Positions 18,680 to 25,950 of a stretch of 64,000 nucleotides of DNA are shown one piece after another (positions within the stretch are counted from its first letter, which is position 1; each line of letters starts with the position of its first letter). The translations under genes and the position numbers were made by a program. Origin of the DNA: an uncultured Verrucomicrobiae bacterium. Lineage in GTDB: Bacteria > Verrucomicrobiota > Verrucomicrobiia > Chthoniobacterales > UBA10450. Location of the stretch: NCBI GenBank assembly GCA_963815455.1, contig CAWFGO010000005.1, positions 64,001-128,000 on the forward strand, written 5' to 3'. The notes beneath the pieces are model-generated. The model was not told the DNA's origin and did not search any database. It was given only the letters and a program-made list of their open reading frames with translations.

Positions 18680-19633
18680 GTGCCGATTCCTTTTTCAAAA
18701 AAAAGCCAGCGAAACGTCGTTCGACAGTCGTCCGACAATGGCCGCGAAAGCCGCTCGACCCGGGTCAAGATGCGGCCGCGTCCCGATTGGCATAAGCGCA
18801 ATTATCTGTCCGAGGTCCTGATCCCGTCGCTCTTCACCAAACGCTCGGGCGACTATGTGCCTCCCGAATTTCCCGTGATTCAGGCCGGCGAAATCTGCAT
18901 CACCTGGATCGGGCACGCTTCGTTTCTCATCCAAACCCGCGAAATGAACATCCTTATTGACCCGATCTGGTCGAAGTGGCTCAAGGTGATCAAGCGGTTG
19001 AAAAAACCGGGGTTTGAAATTCATCATTTGCCGGAGATCGACATCGTATTGGTGACGCATGCGCATTTCGATCATCTAGATCGGCGCACCCTGCGCAAAG
19101 TCGCCGCCGATCAACCGATCGTGGTGCCGACCGGCGTCGGCAATTTGGTCCACGATCTTGGCTTCCACATCGTGCACGAGCTTGATTGCTGGCAAACGAT
19201 CAAGCTCGGTTCGATCGACGTCTCGCTGACTCCCTGTTATCACTGGGGCGCCCGGTTCCTGGCCGATCTCCATCGCGGCTTCGGCGGCTTCGTCATTGCC
19301 GCGGAAGGACGCACCATTTTTCACTGCGGCGACAGCGCTTTCTTTCCCGGCTTCCGCGAGATCGGCGAGCATTACAACATCGACATCGCACTCTTACCTA
19401 TCGGCGCCTACGACGCGCCCACCGGTCGGGAAGTTCATATGAACCCGGAGGAAGCAGTGCGCGCTTTCATCGAGTTAAAGGCAAAAAAGCTCGTGCCGAT
19501 GCATTACGGAACGTTTCCCCTCGGCTACGAACCGATGCACGAGCCGCCACAGCGTTTGCTGGCTGCGGCGAGCGCGCACGGAATCGAGGAGAAAATTCTG
19601 GTCATGACCGAAGGCAAACCGGTGGTGCTGTAG
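18680..19633 (+). CDS. MBL-fold metallo-hydrolase (NAPE-PLD/UlaG-like)
   Basis: TWIGHAS, THAHFDHLD, FHCGDS, HMNPEEA, PMHYGTF. Confidence 0.9.
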   Translation: MPIPFSKKSQRNVVRQSSDNGRESRSTRVKMRPRPDWHKRNYLSEVLIPSLFTKRSGDYVPPEFPVIQAGEICITWIGHASFLIQTREMNILIDPIWSKWLKVIKRLKKPGFEIHHLPEIDIVLVTHAHFDHLDRRTLRKVAADQPIVVPTGVGNLVHDLGFHIVHELDCWQTIKLGSIDVSLTPCYHWGARFLADLHRGFGGFVIAAEGRTIFHCGDSAFFPGFREIGEHYNIDIALLPIGAYDAPTGREVHMNPEEAVRAFIELKAKKLVPMHYGTFPLGYEPMHEPPQRLLAAASAHGIEEKILVMTEGKPVVL

Positions 19634-19703
19634 TGACCGGTGATTTGTGAACGGTCGCGCGCAGATAGAAAACCGATCGCCGATCACTGATCACCGATCA
19701 CTG
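19632..19703. repeat. Inverted pair of 7-mer tandem arrays
   Basis: GTGACCG GTGATTT GTGAACG ... CCGATCG CCGATCA CTGATCA CCGATCA. Confidence 0.65.
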
Positions 19704-21923
19704 CTTCGAGATTGCCCGGGCGCGTTGAGCGCGGGTGGAATCGTGGTCGTGTTCTGCCTCATCTTGCTCTGGCACGATCCGCTCGTTTTTTGGAACGACG
19801 ACTATCAATTGTCGATCCTGCCGGTGTTCGCCGATGTGGCGCGCAGTTGGAATGAAGGGCATTTTCCATTGCTCAGCCCTTACTCATGGGTCTGCAACAA
19901 TCTGGCCGGCGAATTTGAATACGGAACGTTCTCCGTTTTCATTAACGCGGCGGTCGTTCTCATCTGGAAATTTCCGCTTACATTTCCGCAACAAGCGGCC
20001 GCTCTTTCCATTACGCATCTTTTCGTTTTGGCGGTTGGCGCCTTTCTGCTCGCGCGGGACCGGCGACTCTCCATTCCGTTGTCGATCTTCGTCGCGCTAG
20101 TGGCGGCGTTGAATGGCTGGATCATCTGTTGGGGCGCAACCGATTGGTTCGGCGCGCTCGGCGCCTTTGCCTGGTTCCCATGGGCATGGTGGGGCTTGGA
20201 ACGGGCCCTTGGGGTGGCATCGGCTTCCAGCCGATGTTCTCGGATTCACGGGCAAGATGCCCGGGCCACAACGCGTTACCGATTTCTTTGGCCGGCGCCG
20301 TTCATCTATCTGCTCGTGACCGGCGGATTTCCTTACACCGTCGTCATGCTTGTGCTGTTGATCGCGTGGTTGTCGGTCAGATCGTTAGTAGAAACAAAAA
20401 ATCCTATTTCGATCTTGCCGATGCTTTTCGGAGCGGCGCTCGGCTTCGGCCTGTCCGCCCCGGCTTGGCTCGCGATTCTCAATTACGTTCCTGGTTCGGC
20501 GCGTCATTTGCAAATGGCCTCGTCGCATTTTCAATGGCTTGTCCCGCCATCGGCGTTACCCGGATTCGTTCTGCCCTGCTGGACGGTGAACTGGGCAAAT
20601 TTTTCCGCGCGCTACGTGCCGCACACGGCGACAGAATTGGCCTGCGGTCTGGTCGCACCAGTTGCGCTCATCGTCGTGTTCGTTCGGCATGCACGCATTT
20701 TCATACGACACGCAAAATGGGAGCTACTCCTGCTCTTGCTCGTCCTCTTGCTCGCAATGTTGCCCTCGGCGGGACTGTTTCGTTGGAGTTTTCGCTGGCT
20801 GCCATTCTTTCATCTCGTCCTGGCGATTTGTGCCGCGCAAGCGCTACAAATGTTGTTTCGCGAGAGATCAAGACGGCCCGGACCACCAGTCCCGGCGGCG
20901 ACAGTTCTGCTTCTTGCAGTTGTCACAATCGCAATGTCGATCCTGGGCACGAATGGTCATTACGCGTTTCCGCTGACTTGGATTTTTCTTGAGCTCGCGG
21001 TGATGTGGGTTCTTTTGGAGTTTTTCCTGCGCGATATCAAATGGCGCGTTTGGATGCCGGTATGCGTTACATTTGCGGCACTGCTCGCCACCTACCTTTG
21101 CCTCCCGGCCAACGGCGGCGTCCCGAAATTCAATTTCTCCGAGAAACTGCTCGAATCGGCGCCGCTCGATCCGCACCGGCTTTACCTGAGCATCTATCCG
21201 CCGCCAGAAACCGAATACCGTGTCGAAAACAAACCGGGACCGGTCGGGCAGACGGTGCGACCCGGCAACACCGCGATGTGGGCCGGTCTCCGTCTTATTA
21301 ACGGTTATAGCCCGATTCGTCCCGCCGGCGTCGCGCGCGAGTTTTGGTCCGCTGTTCACGGCGAAATCGATGCCGGGATGGGCGATGATTTGCTCAAAGA
21401 ACAAGCCGGTCCTGATGGAAGACTCGCGCTCCTCGGTGTGGATGGAATTACAATTGCCCGGGAAGCAGATGTCGATCCTGAACCGGTGTCGGAGTGGGAA
21501 CTGGTTACCACCACCGATGAGGGCCGCGTCTTTCACCGCCGCGGAGTGCCCTTCGCGCGGGTCCGCTCGATCGCCGCGGTAGATTCGCGCACCGGCCAGC
21601 AATTCTCTACCGCTGCCATCTCGCGGATCGAAGATTCCCGAAACCGAGTGCAAGCCGATGTCGATGTTCCGGCCGGCGAACGCGCTGCTTTATTAATTTT
21701 TTCGCGCCCCTATTTTCGCGGTTATCAAGCCCGTATCGACGGCAAGAAACTTATCGTACAATCTGACAACGGATTGGTCCCGGTCGTGAAAATTCCGCCG
21801 GGAACGCACGGGCGGGTAACGCTCGAATATCGTCCAAGCTGGCTGGTCCTGGGAACGGTGGCGGCTTCCATGTGCGCGGCAATTCTTGCCGTCGGCTGCT
21901 TCCTGGCCGTGCGCAGGTTGTAG
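19647..21923 (+). CDS. YfhO-like multi-pass membrane glycosyltransferase (GT-C)
   Basis: FWNDDY after TM1, many TMs, NGYSPI, YFRGYQARIDG, C-terminal TM; start uncertain. Confidence 0.75.
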   Translation: MNGRAQIENRSPITDHRSLLRDCPGALSAGGIVVVFCLILLWHDPLVFWNDDYQLSILPVFADVARSWNEGHFPLLSPYSWVCNNLAGEFEYGTFSVFINAAVVLIWKFPLTFPQQAAALSITHLFVLAVGAFLLARDRRLSIPLSIFVALVAALNGWIICWGATDWFGALGAFAWFPWAWWGLERALGVASASSRCSRIHGQDARATTRYRFLWPAPFIYLLVTGGFPYTVVMLVLLIAWLSVRSLVETKNPISILPMLFGAALGFGLSAPAWLAILNYVPGSARHLQMASSHFQWLVPPSALPGFVLPCWTVNWANFSARYVPHTATELACGLVAPVALIVVFVRHARIFIRHAKWELLLLLLVLLLAMLPSAGLFRWSFRWLPFFHLVLAICAAQALQMLFRERSRRPGPPVPAATVLLLAVVTIAMSILGTNGHYAFPLTWIFLELAVMWVLLEFFLRDIKWRVWMPVCVTFAALLATYLCLPANGGVPKFNFSEKLLESAPLDPHRLYLSIYPPPETEYRVENKPGPVGQTVRPGNTAMWAGLRLINGYSPIRPAGVAREFWSAVHGEIDAGMGDDLLKEQAGPDGRLALLGVDGITIAREADVDPEPVSEWELVTTTDEGRVFHRRGVPFARVRSIAAVDSRTGQQFSTAAISRIEDSRNRVQADVDVPAGERAALLIFSRPYFRGYQARIDGKKLIVQSDNGLVPVVKIPPGTHGRVTLEYRPSWLVLGTVAASMCAAILAVGCFLAVRRL
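20214..20269. repeat. REP-like doublet inside the YfhO-like CDS
   Basis: GTGGCATCGGCTTCCAGCCGATG ... CACGGGCAAGATGCCCGGGCCAC, two hairpins in inverted orientation; translated as VASASSRC..HGQDARAT. Confidence 0.75.
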
Positions 21924-21924
21924 A

Positions 21925-22443
21925 TCACCGATTCGGCACCCGCGGCGCTAACAAGTTCGGCCCGCGCGATTCACCGGGCTTGTTCCATTGCCCAACGATT
22001 TCCGCCGACCAAATCCAATCATCCTCTCGTTTCCCGTGGATCACGATTGTTTTCTCATAATACTTCCTGAGATTGATTTGTTCGGCCACGAACTCGCGAC
22101 TCCGTTTTGCCCGAGTCAACCGGAAGAGCGTTCCCGATTGATCATCGGCCAACCTGACTCGGTATCCGGCCTCGACCAGCACTACTTTTCCAGTCAGCGT
22201 TTCTGCCCGCGCCTTTGGCTTTGGCGTCGCGGCGGGTTGCGGTGCCGCCGGCGGCTGAGGTGCAGGGGCCGATTCGGCCGCCGTGGCGGCCTCGCCTATC
22301 ATGACGGGCTCGGTTGCGGCGGCGGGCTGGCTAGCGGTCGTTGCAGACGGTTTCGCCGCTCGGGAATGTTTGTGCCAAAGAAAGCACCCATTGAAGGAGG
22401 CAAGGACGAGCGCAGCGCAACATAGACTGAAAAGTCTTTTCAT
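21925..22443 (-). CDS. Hypothetical lipoprotein with Ala/Pro linker and beta-rich domain
   Basis: Lipobox-like FNGC, A/P-rich linker. Confidence 0.7.
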   Translation of the reverse strand: MKRLFSLCCAALVLASFNGCFLWHKHSRAAKPSATTASQPAAATEPVMIGEAATAAESAPAPQPPAAPQPAATPKPKARAETLTGKVVLVEAGYRVRLADDQSGTLFRLTRAKRSREFVAEQINLRKYYEKTIVIHGKREDDWIWSAEIVGQWNKPGESRGPNLLAPRVPNR

Positions 22444-22654
22444 GGCCGAATGTATACACCTCTTGGCCGCCCACGCTCAACACTCAACTCGGAACACTTT
22501 CTCAGGCGTCTCGATCCCGTGCTTGCCTGGTTTGTGGTCGGGATTAGAGTGAGCGCCGCTTGCTCGGGGAGAGAAGGCGGCAGGATGGGCAAGGCACTAG
22601 ATGATATCAGTCTCATTGTGCTACTCTCGATGGTGTAGGAAGCGAATTTTTGGG

Positions 22655-24118
22655 ATGAACAACTCGGCTTTGATGAGGATTCTGGCGATAACGCTGGTGT
22701 CGACCGCTCTGGGATTGGGTGCGCCACGCGCTCTGGGGCAATTGGTTCGACAACCGAACACAACGCTCGCTCTATCGCAGACTTCACCGCCGGCGACGCT
22801 TTCAGCAACCGGCGCATTCGCCGATCTGGCAACGCTCACGCCCTATCCGGGAATTGTGCCGTACACGCCAAACGTAACGTTCTGGAGCGATTACGCGCAA
22901 AAAATGCGCTGGTTTAGCGTGCCGGACATCAATCAGACGATGACATTTAACGCGGACGGCAACTGGACGTTTCCGACCGGCGCGATCTGGATAAAGCACT
23001 TTAATCTCCCTAACGAGCGGACCGATCCGACCGGGCCGAGCCGGCGAATCGAGACGCGGTTCCTGGTCAAAACGGCGACGGGCGTTTATGGCCTGAGTTA
23101 TCAGTGGCGCGAAGATCAGACCGATGCCGATCTCGTCGGGGCCGGTGGGGCGAACGTCGTTTACAATGTGCTCGTTAACGGCATGCCGACAAACCAGACG
23201 TGGCGTTATCCCAGCCGCAGCGATTGCAATCGTTGCCATTCCGCCGTGGCCGGTCATGTGTTGAGCTTCAACACCCGGCAGATGAACGGCTCACACGTTT
23301 ATGGCGCGCAGACTCTCAATCAAATCCAAGCCATGAGCGATGCGGGCTATTTCGCCGCGCCGGTAAGCGGGGTGAATAATTTGCCCGCGTTCGCGAAAGC
23401 TTCGGACACGACGCAGAACCTGGAGTGGCGGGTCCGCTCTTACCTGGCGGTCAACTGCGTGCAATGTCACCAGCCTGGCGGCGAAGCGAACAGCAATTGG
23501 GACGCTAGGCCGACTACGCTCACGGACCAGGCCCAGATGATCAACGGCATTCTTCGCAATCCCGGCACCGATCCGGCAAACCGTTTCGTTGTTCCTGGCG
23601 ACAACGGCCATTCCATGGCGCTCCAGCGCCTTCTGGGGGCGGGCGTGCCACGGATGCCGCCGCTCGCGAGCAACCAGATCGATCCTGATAATATTCAGTT
23701 GATGACCGATTGGATTAATCAGGCGCTGCCGCAACGCCGCTCCTTTCCCGAGTGGCAGATATATTATTTTGGATCAACCAAAGATCCTAATGCTGCTGCC
23801 GATGCGGATCCGGACGGCGATGGGCAGCCGAACATGGAGGAATTTTTCGCCAACACGAATCCGCATGACGCCACCAGCATGTTTGCGCTGCCACAAGGCT
23901 CGGCGCTGAATGGCGGCTCGGAGATCCAGTTCCAATTTACGCAGCCGGCCAATCGTGCTGCTCTGGTTGAAACGAGCACCGATCTTTCCCACTGGAATCT
24001 GTGGGACGTGCCGGGAAATTTGCCGAGCTATCCGCCAACCGCACAACCGCGCACGATCGTCGCGCCTTCGAATGTGGAGAGGCAACGGTTCTTCCGCCTG
24101 CAATTATCCGCGCCGTAG
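22655..24118 (+). CDS. Secreted di-heme c-type cytochrome domain protein
   Basis: Signal peptide; CNRCH and CVQCH; FWSDYAQK; RMPPL; C-terminal DPDGDGQPNMEE Ca-binding motif. Confidence 0.8.
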   Translation: MNNSALMRILAITLVSTALGLGAPRALGQLVRQPNTTLALSQTSPPATLSATGAFADLATLTPYPGIVPYTPNVTFWSDYAQKMRWFSVPDINQTMTFNADGNWTFPTGAIWIKHFNLPNERTDPTGPSRRIETRFLVKTATGVYGLSYQWREDQTDADLVGAGGANVVYNVLVNGMPTNQTWRYPSRSDCNRCHSAVAGHVLSFNTRQMNGSHVYGAQTLNQIQAMSDAGYFAAPVSGVNNLPAFAKASDTTQNLEWRVRSYLAVNCVQCHQPGGEANSNWDARPTTLTDQAQMINGILRNPGTDPANRFVVPGDNGHSMALQRLLGAGVPRMPPLASNQIDPDNIQLMTDWINQALPQRRSFPEWQIYYFGSTKDPNAAADADPDGDGQPNMEEFFANTNPHDATSMFALPQGSALNGGSEIQFQFTQPANRAALVETSTDLSHWNLWDVPGNLPSYPPTAQPRTIVAPSNVERQRFFRLQLSAP

Positions 24119-24129
24119 TTGTCCCTCGT

Positions 24130-24199
24130 TGTAGCGGCGGTCTCCGACCGTCCCACTTTGGATTTGGAAAGAGTGCGACAGTCAGAGACTGCCGCTACA
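24130..24199. repeat. GTAG-type REP doublet (REPIN-like)
   Basis: TGTAGCGGCGGTCTCCGACCGTC ... GACAGTCAGAGACTGCCGCTACA. Confidence 0.8.
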
Positions 24200-24246
24200 G
24201 AGATCGCGCAAGCTTGTCAGGGTTTTACGTGCGACTAAGGTAATCG

Positions 24247-25950
24247 GTGCAGCAAAGCCGCTGGATCATTGCCCCGCCGGAAGAACTTAACGGCGGATCT
24301 ATTTCTTGGAGTGAGATCTGCGGGTCCGATTGCATTGCGCGCCTGCTGATGCGCAGAGGGTTCGCCAGCGCTGAAGAAGTGCAAACATTCCTCGACCCGC
24401 GGTTGAGTTCGCTCAGCGATCCGTTCTTGCTTCCCAACATGAAGGCAGCAGTCTCGCGAATTCTAGATGCGCTGGATCGACGCGAGCGGATCGTGCTTTT
24501 CGGCGATTACGATGTCGATGGTGTGACCTCGGTGGCGCTGCTGGCGGAAATGTTGCGTGCATATGGAAGCGCGCCGGGTTTGTTTTTGCCGTTGCGGATC
24601 GAGGAAGGTTACGGGCTCGGTCGCGAAAGCATCGAGCGCTGTGTCGAACAACACCGGCCCCACCTTCTGATCGCGGTAGACTGCGGGACGTCATCGACCG
24701 AGGAGATTGTCGATCTTAAGAAACGTGGCGTGGACGTGATCGTTCTCGATCATCACGAGCCAAAATCTGCGTTGCCGGACTGCGTTGCGATTGTGAATCC
24801 CAAAATCGATCCGGAATCGCCCTTTCATTATTTTTGCAGCGTTGGGATCGTCTTCAAACTTTGCCACGCCCTGCTCAAAACGCGCCCGGTCGATTTCGAT
24901 CTAAAGTCGAAACTCGATCTGGTCGCGCTCGGTACCGTGGCCGATATCGTTCCGCTGCGCGGCGAGAACCGGGTCTTCGCCAAGCGTGGTGCGGTCGAGA
25001 TTGGGCGATCGGCCAGGCCTGGTTTGAAAAAGTTGATCGAGGTGAGCGGAGTGCGTCCGCCGATTCTGACCGAAGATATCGGCTTCCGTCTCGGGCCGCG
25101 TTTGAACGCATCGGGACGGTTAAGCAACGCGGAGCGATCGCTGCGACTCCTCCTCACAGAGGACGAAGCTGAAGCGTCGGCGATTGCCGAGGCGCTCGAC
25201 AAAGAAAATCGCGAACGTCAGTCCGTCGAAAAAGAAATCTTCCTCGCCGCGGACGAGCAAATCGCGCGCGAATTCGATCCGGTGCGCGACGCGGCGATCG
25301 TGGTCGCGGCGCGCGGCTGGCATCCGGGCGTGTTGGGAATTGTGGCGTCGCGAATTTGCCGCAAATATCATCGGCCTGCGATTGTCATCGGTTTCGAGGA
25401 GAACGGCACAGGGAAGGGGAGTGGCCGGAGTATTGAAGGGCTAAACCTTGTCGAAGCGTTGAACCGTTGCAGCGATACCTTGCAGAAGTACGGCGGCCAT
25501 GAGATGGCGGCTGGCCTAACCGTTCTCGAAAAGGATGTCGATCTTTTCTCGACGACGTTCCGCCGCGCAGCGCGAGAACTTTTGTCCGACGAACATTTGC
25601 AACCGTGTTTGCGTCTGGATCACGAACTGATGTTCTCCGATCTCAATTTCGATCTTCTTCGATGGCACGAGATGCTCCAGCCCTTCGGCAACGGAAACCC
25701 GGCGCCGCTTTTTTTCTCCCGCGCAGTGGAACCGGTTGGATCGCCGCGCCTGGTCAAAGAGAAGCATCTTATTTTGCGGCTGCGCCAGCGCAATCATCAT
25801 CGGCGCGCGGTCTTTTTTGACGGAGCGAGTACGCCGCTGCCACCGGCGCCATGGGATGTTGCGTTTCGGATTCGCGCGGATGAATACCAGGGGGACACTC
25901 TGCTCGGGATACAGATTCAATCTGTGCGTGAAGCGGAGCGAATAGGATGA
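24247..25950 (+). CDS. recJ: Single-stranded-DNA exonuclease RecJ
   Basis: FGDYDVDG, VDCG, LDHH, GTVADIVPL, GSGRS, GGHEMAAG. Confidence 0.96.
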   Translation: MQQSRWIIAPPEELNGGSISWSEICGSDCIARLLMRRGFASAEEVQTFLDPRLSSLSDPFLLPNMKAAVSRILDALDRRERIVLFGDYDVDGVTSVALLAEMLRAYGSAPGLFLPLRIEEGYGLGRESIERCVEQHRPHLLIAVDCGTSSTEEIVDLKKRGVDVIVLDHHEPKSALPDCVAIVNPKIDPESPFHYFCSVGIVFKLCHALLKTRPVDFDLKSKLDLVALGTVADIVPLRGENRVFAKRGAVEIGRSARPGLKKLIEVSGVRPPILTEDIGFRLGPRLNASGRLSNAERSLRLLLTEDEAEASAIAEALDKENRERQSVEKEIFLAADEQIAREFDPVRDAAIVVAARGWHPGVLGIVASRICRKYHRPAIVIGFEENGTGKGSGRSIEGLNLVEALNRCSDTLQKYGGHEMAAGLTVLEKDVDLFSTTFRRAARELLSDEHLQPCLRLDHELMFSDLNFDLLRWHEMLQPFGNGNPAPLFFSRAVEPVGSPRLVKEKHLILRLRQRNHHRRAVFFDGASTPLPPAPWDVAFRIRADEYQGDTLLGIQIQSVREAERIG

